Shown: positions 12,594 through 26,837 of the stretch, piece after piece
Position numbering within the stretch: the stretch's first letter is position 1
How the letters are laid out: each line of letters opens with the position of its first letter
Assembly: GCA_030704615.1 (NCBI GenBank)
Contig: CM060733.1
Span: 27,094,001 to 27,158,000, forward strand
DNA length: 64,000 nucleotides
Reading direction: 5' to 3'
Origin: Takakia lepidozioides
Taxonomy: Eukaryota; Plantae; Bryophyta
Notes under the pieces: model-generated
What the model saw: the letters and a program-made list of their open reading frames with translations, nothing else
Told to the model about the DNA's origin: nothing
Database searches by the model: none
Made by a program: the position numbers and the translations under genes

Positions 12594-15430
12594 AGAAACA
12601 CAAATTTAAGAAAGATGGCTGATAACCGATGAAGACAACGGACTGTGACTTTTCCCCGCCTCGCTTTTGTCCTTTTGTCCTTTTGTCTCTTTCTTAGATA
12701 CGTCTGTTCAAAGAACCGGGCCTCGGGCTGCGTCAACTCTTCGAGTGTCCTGTAACAAGTCCCTCAGCACTACGAAAGGTGGTGCAGATTTCTTGACCCC
12801 AAGTCGTTCGATCATTGGAAGGACGCAATCGATTGCGTACCTTCCTAGAAAACTCTCATTAGGATTTCGATTCTGTGAATCCTGACAGTGAGCTCTCCCT
12901 GCCTCCACTTCTCTCTTGTGCAGTGAAGTTTCTATCTCTGTAACAGCGAAAAAAACTGGGTAAAATCGTTGCAAGGACAAACTTAGCTGCCTCCTCTACA
13001 ATGGATACTAACGAAAACGGAATTAAAGCATGTGCACAGAAGGGAGAGGGAGGAAAGCGCGCTCAAGACACAGAACAGGCCACAGCTTTCCCGCGAGGAA
13101 AGCGTGGATGGAAGGATGCACGGGACAATGTAGGTGATACAACAAAGGCCTGACGTACAACCAAATTCACAACAGAACCGCGGGGACAAACAGAGCTCGG
13201 GAAACACTTGGGATCATCTGGTCGCAGAGGAGTCAAGGCGAGAGAGACTCCATCAGAAAGAATAAGTCTAATCAATGTCTTCTGAAAATCAACGACTTCA
13301 TATCCGAGTCAAGGCTTGGGATTGTGAAAAATCTTCACTGGGTCTTGAAGAGTAAGAACGACTCTGCAAAGAGAACCGACTCAAACACAATGAAGAAGCC
13401 TGCATTCATCAGTGTCTACTAAAAGTCCGAGACCCTCCCGTACATAAACCAACACCCAACAGAGAGAATCAACCTGGACAACCCACAACTGAAAGATGCA
13501 CGCAAAGATGCAGGAACTGATGAAGCAGATGATGGTGGGTAGAGGGGTACTTCTGCGGCATGAGAGAAGAGACGCTGTGTGGGAAGGTTAAACCCCTGGC
13601 AGGATTTGGTCATCGTTGAATTATGATCGTTTCTTGTCTCCCTTCATCCCTAGCCAATGGATAGATAGATGTATGTAACTTCGGCTTTGCCTGGATACTC
13701 GCAGTGGCCGTTCGGGCAACGCAGCCACGTCACACGTTACCGTTGGACCTGACCCGATGCCCATTGGAGGAACAAGGTGAAGACATTTGGGAAGAAAGAA
13801 GGTTCTCTTCTCCTGCAGCACAAAAGTGACAGCCCTTTCTCCTCGCTTTAGGGCAAACCCGCGTGCACAGCAGCCAGCTCGCGGAAGGATCGCACTCTCC
13901 TCGTTCTGTAATGCGTAGTTTGCATAAGTGTACGGGTGATTTAATCAGCCAGAGCTGCACTGGCTCCCTGTGAGCTCACAAGCACTTCCATCATCCTATG
14001 CTGAGCTCACTGATGTGATGGTAAATCCTGCGTATAGCGAGATTAGTCTCCCACCGCCACAATGTTGGCCCTCCCTCCGCAAGAGAGTGAAGCAAGCGAC
14101 TTGGGTTTGGGCAGGTAGCTGCACATTTCTACAAAATGTGCAGCTACCTGTGGCAGATCGATCACAGGGCCAGGGAATCGTTTGATGAGGTAGACGCACA
14201 TCACAGATCTGTGACGGCTGAAAGTCGACCGTCTTCTGAGATGTCAAAGGCCTGTGAGATCTGCAACAACACAGTCGAGCAGCAGCTGTATAGTACAGAG
14301 GAGGTCTAGGGATCTTTCCAGCTGCATGTGCTGAGTCTAAGCACCTGCAAGAATGAAGGATCCGAGCATGCCATGCCATGCAGCAGTGGTCAACACCCCC
14401 GTCACCCGCCCCCAATGAGCTTGCCACAGATCATGTCAGAGTGGTTATGCCACAGTTAAGGCAGGCACACACGGAGATCATCGTTGAATATATCTCTGGC
14501 CTGCCAGTGATGGCAGAGAGCAATTGGGCTTCGGCACTAGACTCTCAGATTTGATTTGCCTACAGACAGGCTAATGTTCACCAGGCCATCAGCTGTCAAT
14601 TGTAAGAAGTTGCACATCCTCCTCCTTAGCAGACAAGTGTTTGAAATCACTTGCTTGGGTCATATGGCGTCCAATCTTCCTTCTCTCTAGCCTTCTTCTC
14701 TAATGTGTGGTGGGCAATCAATCCCCAGTCTAGGACCATCTCCAGCATGTCACATTCTGTCTTATCTCCACCACTGCAGCATGGGACTGAACTATGCAAG
14801 ATGTCATGTGACTGGGGTCTTCAAGCTCGTTCAATTTCGGCATCCCAAACTCAGAGAGACTTCTGTAATGTTGTTCTTGATCCTCCATTGCATGGCTTTG
14901 GACTCTTGTCGCAGGAATTGATAATCCAGCCCGTACAAGATTCAGAGCTGATTCACAGAAGAAGCTGGGGTGGGCAGATGTACTCAAATTATTACAAGTC
15001 ATACCTTATGGTCCAAGTTCCTGCTGAAGTGATGGGCTCATGGAAAATGGACAAATGGATTGGCCCTTACTTGGCCCAACGCGAAAGTGTATTCAATGTC
15101 AGAGAGGAAACTGCCAGCCAATGTTCCGCAATAACCAGGATAGTATTTACTCCAGCATTTACTTTGCTCTTATTAAATTGTGAGACCTTAGAATGGAAGA
15201 TACACAAACCAACAGGTAAAGAGACTCCAGTACCTCCACCACTGAATTCCATTGTGGAGTGACCATCGTCACCATCTACAGGGCCAGGGCTGCAAATACA
15301 TCCAGGCAACTCTTGCCCCACCTCTGTAGGCAGAATATGTGCCTGAGAGTTGCAACTTAAATTGCACTATATTTACAGATTTATTCAATTAAGACTCCTC
15401 AGATATATGGGTCCCTTGCTGGCAAATCTA

Positions 15431-18400
15431 CTAACAAGTGCTATCCATGTATGCCACCAGAATATCCCGCACAGTTCCCCGGTCTGGCATCTTGGCGGCT
15501 GCTCCATATATAGGCGCCATACCATCCTCAAATTTGCCTGGATTTTCTCGAACCTGTCAGTCCCAGAGTCGGGTTAGAAATGTGCCACCCTAGAACATTT
15601 GTTTTCTAACCTGCCTACAACATGAAACATCAGGTTACAAGTTCCCCAATCAAAAGATCCAAGAGTACGTGAAGGGGAGGAAGGAGAGAGATGGAGATGC
15701 GTACCAGGTCAACAGCTGCTGCAAGATCATCGAGAAACTCATCAACGAAATCCACATGTTGAAGGGTCACACAGATGTGAATGCTGCCCGATCACCACCC
15801 ACACCTTCCACCATTAGCACTTGTCTACCAGAGACATTACTATCCCAAATGACCAATTTTCTTGCCACTGACAAATCAAACATTCTGATGCCCACCATGG
15901 ACCCAGACGTAAACACACAGATGTTAACACACCTGCTTGGTTTGTGGAGCGCATTGAGACTCCAGCCTTTTGCTGTCATCGCATCATTCACCTTATACAC
16001 ATCCAATTGGAGGGAACCAAATGCAATGACTGTCATGTCAGGCTTCCCAAGCACATGTAGCCCTTCAATCTTCTCGATCCTGCACCCATTCGAAGGACAC
16101 AGAAAATGAAAACTCGTTTGTGTGGACAATAAGTGGTGGCACACTATGTTCTCCTTCAATAGCAAGAGGACACAATGAGTCAATAGTCATCGTTATGATA
16201 TAATCAAAGAGTTGGGCATTCAACCCTAAGACGTGATTCTTTTCGTATGAAAAGGTTGGAAGGATTACCCTGCTTGAATTCTCTTTGACGCATCCATCAA
16301 CTTTCTCACAATCTCCAAGTAACCTGCTCAGTCACAGCCCAGCAGCCCGAAGTCCCATTTTTGGTGGATGAACCAGATCAGATTGAGTAAACATTTCATT
16401 ACCATTCTTCAGCTTCCTACTATGTAATTTTCTATCACTAGGCGAGGATCATGATGATGCAAAACCAAAACTGACCAACAAACAGGCCCCGTGATTTTTG
16501 TGTTTCTCAATGATTGGGTGCAACTCACCATCTTCACCCAGGGACATCATTGCAGCCCAGGCTCCAGCAATTAGTCCCCCTGCTCGGCTCCCAGCCATGG
16601 AGGGCGAGATGTACAGACCCCCTGACCACTCTGTTACTGTTCCATTGAGAAAACGTGACCCAACCCAGAAAATCATAAACTCAGACATCTGTTGGCAACA
16701 GGATAGCCCAGAAACAAGGGTTGAGGCATATGTGCCAACCCAGCTCAAGTAGCACAATTGAGTATCAAGAGTAAATGGTCCTCTGGAATCTGGAAAGATA
16801 TGAGCTGGTACATGATTTCAAGAATCCTCACGGACACACTTTATGCTAAAATGAGAGGAAGAGAAAGTAAATGAGCACAATTTCAAAACTAAATCTGAAA
16901 AAATCTGTTACCATCGTCCCAGGCTTTCAATGGAACACAAGAAAGGACAACACGAGGACCACTGCTCACCGGCAACAAACTGGAACTGAAGTTGTAAATG
17001 ACCCATCGTGCGCAAGCAGCAGCCCCATGCATGGCACATCCCCATCAACTCATCAATACAGCACATTGACAAGAATGCATCAGGACAACATTTATCCATT
17101 ATGTGCAATCATGAATACAAGCAATTACTTTTAATGGAGACCGTGTGGGGATGCGAAAGCATTGACACAAAGAAGAGATGAAAAAAGCAGGTAAAACTCT
17201 ACCTCAGACGTACCCGTGTCAAAACATAGAAAGTCTGCAAAATTGAACAGGAATGACAGATAAAGTTGTACCAAATTATCACACAAAACACATCCCCAAA
17301 AGAAACCCTGCTGTTCCCCTCATCCCTCAAACTGGCTTGCTGCTTATATATCCTCTAGGCTTTGCATTGTGGCCAAGACCAGTTTGGGCAGATGCATCTA
17401 GGTACACGCATACAATCATTGGGATGATTGGAGGGAGATTGGAGGGGAGCAGAATGGATGCCTGTCTTCCCCCACAGCTGGCACCCTAAGGCTTCTCTCT
17501 CGTTTGTCACTTCAATTTGGCTGGCTTCTTCCTGGAAACTGTATAGCTTGACCACATTTCCCTGCCTAGGCTGAGCTCAGTATCCTTCTCTGCTTCTTCA
17601 TCTCGTCTGGGAAGCTTGGCTTGCTAAGGTTGTGGTCGAGGGGATGTGTGTATAAAGGTTGTGCTGGGTGTTGCCCCTTTTCCTCAAAAAGAAGAACCAG
17701 AGAGAAACAAAGAAAGAAACTTCAGAATGTCCAGAGAGGGCCCAGGCAAAGTAGAATCACAAGAAACCTCAAAAATAAACCACACGCCCTAAGAGGAAGT
17801 GCCTCATCCAGGTAAGCTGCCTTCTGGTCCTCAAACCTCAATGCCTCAGCCAAAGAGAGGAACAAACCCTTCGCAGCTCTCGATGACGATAGAGCACAAC
17901 ACTTGTCCCTTTTGGACCAAGGCCATACTTATGTACATCCACTGATATTGAAGTTACTCCTGGCACCTGAAAATCAAAAGCAGGTATTGGGTACCTGCAC
18001 CATCAACATCGCAATGTAAAACCTGCCACAGATTCTTAAACTCAGCACCCACTTCTCTAAGGTTGGCATACATCTCTCAGAAGAAGACACCCTATCACCT
18101 TAAGTGGATCAACGGAAAGCGAGAGAAAGAATGCAGCTATCCAACTGACTTTACTGAAACCAATTAAGTGCATGATCATGCATACCCAAGTTTGCGAGCA
18201 AATGGAAGAACAAAGCCTCCAAGACACAGGTCGACATGCAGACAAATTCCGCACCGCAAAGCCAATGCCCCTAGTTCCTACAATCCTCCCCCACCCTTCA
18301 GTTTCAGCTTTTTCTGCCATCAATATGCATTAGCAGACATTTTATCTTTGCTAGCATTCTGCCTTTCTGCCTCTTGTCCAAAGACTACCTTCCAGAAAAT

Positions 18401-20923
18401 ATGTCTGAGAAAAACAAAAAATGAGCAAAGGTTTCTACTTTCTTACCACAAAACCAGAACTCTCAAGTATTTACACAGTTCACAAGCAACACACAAGTAG
18501 AAGTACCTCAATAGGATCCATCACGCCATGTGGAAAGCCTGGTGAAGAGCCTACAATCTGCAGGCACCACCAATACAGCAACAGGGAGGCCATCAGGATT
18601 CTAGTATGCAGAGTCAGAGTGCACTTTGGCAGAAGCAAACTAAGTCTTCTGAAAAAGACATGTCAAATTATATGACTCCTGATAGGAGACCTGGACAGAC
18701 CATAATGGTGTTTTTGTTGATGAGACGCTTTATGGACTTCACATCTGCACGTAGCTTCACAGTCACAGGAGCACGCCGTAACTTTATTTGAAAGTACTGT
18801 GCTGCCTTGTCATACGCAGAGTGGGCACTTTCCGGAATAATCCTGTGAACATATCAGCGAGCTCATCGTCAGGTTTGTGTAGAGTAGAACATGAAAAACA
18901 GTCAAAGGAGCAATAACCAACGAGGGATAGTCTTTCCCCCTTACCATCCAGGAGAGCTGCAATACATTGACTATCTCGAAGTCACAATCTACAGCAGCTC
19001 AGGAAAGAGCAAGAAGCACGGAACTCACATCTCAGGAGTGGAGATGCCACGAGTGGCTTTCATGAAATCGCGGGTGGACTTGACAGCCATAAGAATACTC
19101 TCTGTGCCACCCGATGTCATATTGCCACAAATCTGCCCTCCAGAGCTTGCGGCTTTGCTGCCCAGCATCGCTGCTGTCATGGCTACCACCTCTGCCTCAA
19201 ACCGAGATATGCTTGGAAACATGTCCGGATGCAGTGGGTTCGTGTGTGAGAAGCTGCACCCTCAGTGACCCAAACAAGCACCTGCAAACCTCAAAATGTG
19301 CCCTGTGGCGCCTTTCTACTGGCAGATGGCAACAGCAGGTGGACACGTACATGGAGTAAGCTTCATTCACCAGCGCAAAGTGGCCTTCAGATTCGTTCCC
19401 TCCAATATAACTGCACAAGAGACTAGAGGTGTTCAATTCTTCCAGTTATGAAATAACAACTTTCAGACAAAACAGTCAGCAAGACTACAAACAGTCAGTA
19501 CAAATTCTGGCCAACTAATCAAGAGCACTCCTGGAGTACATGGTACCACCTTTCTTTTCAACAAGAACATGAACTGCCATAAACAGAGACACAAACCACA
19601 AAGGGCCAATAAACGTAGATGCAGAAAACATAATTATCTACAATCTCAGACCTATTTGATACTCATTCTGCTTGTGTGGAGCAATCTAACAAGGGCACCG
19701 CATGACATATCCACCCAACTTGCTGGTATTGGGCTCAGCTTCCTAGTATGGACTGGTCCTTTCTGATCCACAGCAAGAAGCACAAAGGCGACCTGTATGC
19801 AGGACCAAAGAAAAATCTGAGCGATAAATACCTACACTGCTCCAGAACAGTGACCTTGCCAGTGTTTGTCTCTAGCCTTGACCATCTTCATGCGATCAAG
19901 CACCTGTGTTCCTAGCCCCTGGGCAGGCAGCTCTGATGTCCAACACTCTCGTTCACTTTTTGCACTAGACTGCAGTTTTTCTATCACCTGCCAAACATCA
20001 AACATCACACATCAACATTACCTTCACGCCTATCATTGGTATCACTCACTAATCACTACACCGATGCCTGACATAGGCAAAAAAACAAGTGAAAACAGAC
20101 AAAGCACAGTCGTCCAACATTACATAGGACTGCCCCTTATTCCAAACTGAAAGGACCATGATCTGCATATCATCATCATGATGTACGACATAACCAAAAA
20201 CACTTGCCCCCAGGATGATGCCAGGACAAATATCAAGGGCCTTTGAAATGCATAATAGAAATGTGGCCCACAAATATGCCAGAGGTAAGCCGTGCTATTC
20301 AACCATGTCCATGTGATGAACAGCAAAGGTTTCTCACCTTGTTTTGCTCCTTTTGAATGTAGGCATTGGCACCAGGGACACATCTGGGGTCGAATAACAC
20401 ACTGTTAGACATATCCCACAACAATGTGTTCTCCACAGGAATTCCAATATCAAAAGTGGATGGTGAGAAGCCAAATAATGGAAAAGCATCGGCGTTGGAC
20501 TTTACTTGATTATGTAGAATATTACGCTTACGAGGGAACCCTTCAATCCTGCCAAGTCGGAGTCCACAGAGACGATCAAATTAGGGCGTATAGTGCTACA
20601 ATGGGCAGAAGACAACTGTGACACATTGCACTAGTCTGCGAACTAGTCAACTTTGAGTTTGGAAAAACTCCACATATCACCACTTCACAGCTAAACAGCC
20701 GAGCTGTGTCTCAGGCTACCTAATAACCTCTGAATGAAGCAGCAGATCAGCAAATTTCAATACCGTGCTCATTCAATTTGAAGAACGCTGAACTGAAAAC
20801 TGAGGTTGCAGTAGACAATAGGAGGCAGCCAGCCATGGAGGCGAGAACCAAGCCCAGGGGTTCGTACTGCGCCAGCGCCTCATTCAGTCTTTCCCGTAGC
20901 CCCTGAACACTGTAGTCAGCCAT
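15431..20923 (-). CDS. DPL1: Sphingosine-1-phosphate lyase (PLP-dependent), multi-exon
   Basis: The spliced frame contains [29 protein letters not shown], the PLP lysine motif SVDVHKYG, and [17 protein letters not shown], and ends [14 protein letters not shown] at 20923. It requires a 16-nt micro-exon at 16985-16970. Confidence 0.95.
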
Positions 20924-23900
20924 AACTAGTATGGCTTTACTTAGCGCTGAGGTGGTGTGAAGTCCGTGAAATTCCTGTGCCTGGGAATCACCAGGCTATT
21001 CTATTTCACGTGGTTGTCTCTTACGTAGTTGTCAGATACAGTCTCAATTTGACGTGCAAAGCCTCATTCCGAATCCAAATGAAATTCCATTTGGCAGGTA
21101 GATCGAGAGTTGTAGCGCTGACTCAAAACTCAGGAAACAGTTTCGTTTGTTATTCACAGACTGCCCGATGGTTGATTTTCCACAATAGAATATAAAACGT
21201 TGCACCTCAGTAAGCGTCCTCAGATTCCAGCCTAAGAGAGAAACAAGAGATATTCACCCCTGGATCTGATCCTCCTTGTCGATGAAGGAACTATTTGAGG
21301 AGGTTAAATCAGCACCTTCGTGTAATTTGACTGAGGCTTGCCTCCCGAGCAAGCTGAATGGAGAAAGAGCTGAGGAATTAGCAGATGAGAGAGACGAATT
21401 CCCCTGTCATTCACAAATCTACAACATACTCCGCTCCCTTTCTCACAACCAAAATCAAATCCTACTTTGCGCCCTTCCCGAACACCAATTTCGAACTCAA
21501 AATATCCTCTGCTCGCATCGAAATTCGATGCACTCCACCTATGCGAGTGAGGGAGGATTCAGAGCTCCATCGCCATAGCCACTGTCGACGCGCAGGATTA
21601 GGTACATGATTCTATGACCGACCCTCCCCTACGACCACGCAAAACTGTTTCGAACCGTCCGGGTCTCTTCAGACCAACGACCAGCCGTCCGATTGACCTA
21701 GAGTAGCGGCAGAACTCCCCGGGAATAGGGCAGCACGCAAACACAATGTGCCACGTGGGAAACTCACAGTGGTGGAGAAGCCCAGCACGAGTTCTTGGTA
21801 CGACCTGTGAGCGGAACCGCCAAAGATGAGTTAGGTGACGTGGCCAAATTATGTTTTACTCTTTATTTATTTTTCGTCTATTTTCTTTTCTTCTCACCTC
21901 AAACATGGGATCATTTTGGATGAATTGGGTGTTTAGATATGAAGGGGTGAATGAGAAGAGGAAGAGGTGGATAGTTGCAACAAACTGAGAAGTTATAACT
22001 ACTCAGCCCACTAAATGTGGCACATTTTTAGTGACACAAACTGTGTGTTTGGCTATTTGCCAATTTAATCAATCAAATTAGGAAGAATCTTTGGCGTTCA
22101 ACATTTATCCGATGGACCATTAGATGTAGAAGTAAACTTTTTAGATCGGAGCACTTGGAAAAACATTAATTTGGATTTGGAGCAATGAGTCAATCCGACA
22201 CCGAAGCCAATATTTTGGAAATTAAGGCTTGTCGCCTTTGAAATTTGAGCCGCATACAAATAGTTCTAAATATACAGTTGTAATAATAAAAACTCGAGAT
22301 GAGCAGATGAATGGTTCTAGGTGGGATGGACAACAAGAATGAATAGTGGAGGCGGTTTGAACTTCATGTGAACACAGTGGTGCCAACGAGCCTACTTCCA
22401 CTCTCTCTATGTCACACTCTCTCTATCTCTCAACCGATCTATCTCTCACTCTCCTAGATATTTTACTACAAACCTCACCACATGATTATATGCACTAAGT
22501 GTTTGTTGGAGGGATAGATAGAGACAAATTTACACTATAGATGTATTTGTGGGTTGGATAGATAAAAAGAGACGGAGAAAGAGGGGGGCAAAGAAATATA
22601 GTCCAGCTATAGAAAACTTTTGTATGTGACATTAAGAAAAAGGGGTTGGATATCGTCATTGAGTGGTAAGTAACACATAAACAATAATATGTAGAGAGGT
22701 TTAAGTATTGAATCTAGTTGTATTATACATAGAAAAAGATAAAGAACAAACCTCATGCCTAATCTTTTAGGTAGCTTGCTAGAGGCAGTGTGATATAAAG
22801 ATTAATGTAACTTAATCAACTATTGATATGTTTAAAGAGCTTGCTCCTTCTTTTTTCACATGATATAGTAGTAATTGAATCAGCTTAGAGTTTGTGAAGT
22901 GGAAAGGCGGGGCTAGATGAGATCAAAATGCTCCTTATATCTCCAAAGAAAATAATTACAAGCCACTACATTTAAAAAATTGCATGTTCAAAAGATAAAA
23001 GCAGTTACTTGCACACTTGAAGAAGTATATTGGACATGGAAGTCATAACTTGTTCCTTCCTACATTACAATATGATCTCTTAATTGTCCTTTTACCTTCA
23101 TAGAGTTTATAATAACAATGACCATGAAAAAAACAAATGACAAGTTATTTTCAATATGAAAGAAATAAGACGAGAAATAAGCTACTTGGACATGCTTAAA
23201 AGAAGGACCTGACCCAATAGAAGAAACTTTATTGACTAAATATACCATCATGTGTAAAAAATAACTTACTATAATTTATATCTAGACGTCCAATGTTAAC
23301 AGTGTTGGAAGTTTTTACCCACATGACACACATTGAAAATGGGCAGGAGACTTTACTAAGGCATTGATTTGCATCTGATCTCCCTCTAATTAGGCCGCAA
23401 GGATGGGGTCCAAGACCAACCAAATTGTGTGGAAAGGAAGGTGTCCCTCCTTGAACGCCAAGTAAGAGATACTTATATTTATCTAAATAATCATGACATA
23501 AAACAATCAAATGTACAACATAACATACGAAAATGATTCCGTGAAAATTGAAGGTACTATAAATGAAGTACCTCTCAATTATGTTTGATATGAATTTGAA
23601 TGGTTGGAGCATGTCTTACAAATTGGTTGTATTTTATATGATATAGACATACTTAATCAATGTTTGATTTCAAATATTGACTAAGTATGAAAAAAAACAA
23701 AAAACAAAAAACAAAAAACAACTGGATACATTGGTCACACTTCGATATTCTCTCAAAATCTGTGCAACATTGTTGCACTGAAATCTATTGACATTTATCC
23801 AAAATAATGGGGAAGACAAAAAAACAAAAAAATAATAAGCTCTCTAAGGTCATGTTTGACTCCTTCTTTTAGATGGTCTGAGAAACAATCTACCTCTAAG

Positions 23901-24040
23901 TTCATCAATGATTGTTTTGATTAATCATTAAACAATTGACTATGATCATAAGATAAAATATTGTACCCAGATTTCTCACACATGAAAGACGTTGATGGCA
24001 TTGCAGACCCTATTTGATAAAGAGGTCATCAACTTCAATC

Positions 24041-24880
24041 ATGGTTGTTGGGGTTGTGCTTCTACTGACAATGTACTGGCCAAGCATAGCAAAGTGTGAA
24101 GACGCCGATTTAATCAATCCCAATTGGGTTGAAGAACCAATCCTAACATTTGGGAACGATACTACAAGCAGTAGCGGAGCTGTTCCACTTATAAATGGGG
24201 ACTTCGAAATGGTAAATTTCACAAACACAAATGCATCTATAACTACGCTTGATGTAACAAATATGACACAGACTACCCCTCTAGTCAATTGGGTGATCGG
24301 GGGTCTTGGTATACAAATATTGAACAGTAATACCTACCAGAAATCCCCGGGTTGGACGGCAGCGGGCAAAACTGCGCCTACAAATAACTTTATGGTTCAC
24401 TTGAACAATCCTGGTACCGTCCTACCCAACAATACACAAGGTTCCATCACAACCACAATGGCTACAAATCCGGGGAGTGGAAAATCATATACTGTCCAGT
24501 GGCAAATGGCTAGAAATCCAGATTCACTGATGAATGCAAATGGAGATATAAGGGTGTCTGCATACGGATCCGATCCTACCAAGGCTCAATATTATGAAAT
24601 ATACCAAACTCACTACAATAATACAGATACAAGAACCTCGATCACTTGGAAGTCCTACAGTATGCTTTATGTGGGAACTGGAGCACTAACAAATATTAGA
24701 CTCGAGAGCTTGTCGGAGAGATATGGACCCATTATTGACAATGTTAGGGTCCTAAGTGGGCCCCATGACCTTAGTGCAGCTCTTCCGCAGCTGAAATTGT
24801 ATCTTTGGCAAGGCATCATGCCTATCGTCACTCTTGTTGCCTTTGGTGTGGGCCACCGGTTACTCCTTTGGTCTCACTGA
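24041..24880 (+). CDS. Intronless secreted single-domain DUF642-like (galactose-binding-fold) protein with a hydrophobic C-terminal tail (TM or GPI signal)
   Basis: N-terminal signal-like segment, many NxT sites, LINGDFE, W(V)IGG, YTVQWQMARNPD, TWKSYS and YGPIIDNVRV. The ORF track starts at TTG 24014; the first ATG is at 24041. Confidence 0.7.
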   Translation: MVVGVVLLLTMYWPSIAKCEDADLINPNWVEEPILTFGNDTTSSSGAVPLINGDFEMVNFTNTNASITTLDVTNMTQTTPLVNWVIGGLGIQILNSNTYQKSPGWTAAGKTAPTNNFMVHLNNPGTVLPNNTQGSITTTMATNPGSGKSYTVQWQMARNPDSLMNANGDIRVSAYGSDPTKAQYYEIYQTHYNNTDTRTSITWKSYSMLYVGTGALTNIRLESLSERYGPIIDNVRVLSGPHDLSAALPQLKLYLWQGIMPIVTLVAFGVGHRLLLWSH

Positions 24881-26230
24881 ATGGGTTGTCACATATTTGC
24901 TTTGACCGACTTACACACTAATCATGCGTCACTCAATATACGTTGTGAAGTTTTGCAACTATGTCTGGAGTGACCACTCTAGACAAAAAGAGATTTAAGA
25001 CACATGGTCTAAAGCAAACATAAAAGCGTAGATGATCTTGGTAGACATCCTAGGGAAATCATTGGCAAATCGTTTTAAAGTTAATAATCGAGCCATTGTA
25101 AACTTAGTGGCTATGAAATAATCTCATAATTATGGTCATCGTCTTAATCTTATTACCATGGCATAGTGGGCTTGAAACTACAGCAGTAGTTTTGGTAGTT
25201 AAATCAATATACTTTCTTCCCCTCATTCTTTGACTTGGATGTACCTAATTTTTGTAAGATCGCAGTTTATAAAGCTGAGAAGTTTTGAAATATGCATTGT
25301 ATTCCAAGATGGAATTAAACTAGTATAAAGATATCAACTGATGCTTGCACTCCAATTTCAAAGTTACCTATCGAATCCGAAACAAATTAGACAACATCTT
25401 CATAAAATACCGTAAAAAATCACAATAATATTGTTATAATTATTTTTCTTATTCTTACCAATGATTATTCTAATGACTAGAAGGAGAACCCATCTCTCTC
25501 TACTAGAAAGAAAGAAAGAGAAAGCTTCGGCCAAAACCAACATAACCAATTTGATGTGAAAATATCCTTTCAAAAGAAAGGATTACTCCAATGATGTTAT
25601 TTTTGTTGTCCAACTCCAATTAGAGTAATAGACATATACTAAAATATGTCTTCAAAGTTATCCAAGTCGAAGTTATCACTCACTAAATCATTCTAGGGTG
25701 GTTTCTATAGTATCATCTAAAAGATATAAATATCACATGAATTGTACATCATGTAAGACGTGCAACTTCTCCCAACCAAAAACTATTAAAGGTGTAAAAT
25801 AATGCATTCATACGGACGATAGTACATCTCAACCGTCAAATACACAAACAAACCAATAAGATGGAACCAAGCATCAACAAACATGTCATCATTACAAACT
25901 CACACTACAACACACCCTATGTAATTTCGACGATTTCGTTTGACGCTGGCATTGACTGTTATCACTTTCGACTGTTCCAACCATTTTGCAGTCAAAATTT
26001 ATTTTAAAATATTTGAGGTGGTAGACAACCGCGAAATTTTTTTGACTGTAGTGAGAGACTTTGACTACCTAAAAATAAGCTGACTGAGACAACCAATTAA
26101 GAAATGGCACGTGTAATCACAATATATAAATTATATAGCAATATATATGTGGATAATAAGAAGTTAAAAAAATAACTATTTTTTCACTGACCCAGCACAT
26201 TAATAGTAAACTAATCGCGTGCTGGTTAAC

Positions 26231-26468
26231 GTTAGTGAAACAAAACAACTGAATTATATGAACGAATGATAAACAAACGCCTTGCTGGCAGCTATTGGAT
26301 GAACGTATGAAAGGTTAGTGAAACAAAACAACTGAATTACCTGAACGAGTGATAAACAAACGCCTTGCTAGCAGCTATTGGATGAACATATGAAATATAA
26401 TTTTTGTGCACTGGATGAACGTATGATAAAGAAAACGCCTTGCTGGCAACTATTGTATGAACGTATGA
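26231..26468. repeat. 83-bp imperfect tandem repeat (2 full copies plus a partial) inside the CACTA element
   Basis: GTTAGTGAAACAAAACAACTGAATTA... starts at 26231 and 26314, with a partial third copy from about 26412. Confidence 0.85.
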
Positions 26469-26837
26469 ATGGATGATAATGCACTTGGCTCGAGTTTAGG
26501 GTTGCTAGGTCGCAGTGTGCAGCCTGGCTGGGACTTGGTGTTTTTTTGGGGTCGGCGTGGTTCGAGAGCTCCGCAGGCTTAGGGACTTAGCGTTTGTTTG
26601 TCTTTGTGCCACCATCTGTGTTTTCTTAAGGTTCGCGAACCAGGATAAGCGGTTTCTAAAATACTAGTATCTTGTTGTGTGCACATGAGAGAGCGGGTGG
26701 GCGGGGGAGGAGAGAATAGAGAGAGAGAAGTGCCGCGCAGCGAGTGTACTGTTTGTGGGATCGACCTGTATGTTTGCTCTTGTTGTGTCGGCCATTGTCA
26801 CGACGTGTGCTATATGGGAGCTTTAGAGCGGAGACAG

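Noticed and set aside
14651-15262. 203-codon plus-strand ORF
   Set aside because: TTG start, no recognisable motifs, and it is antisense to the DPL1 downstream region.
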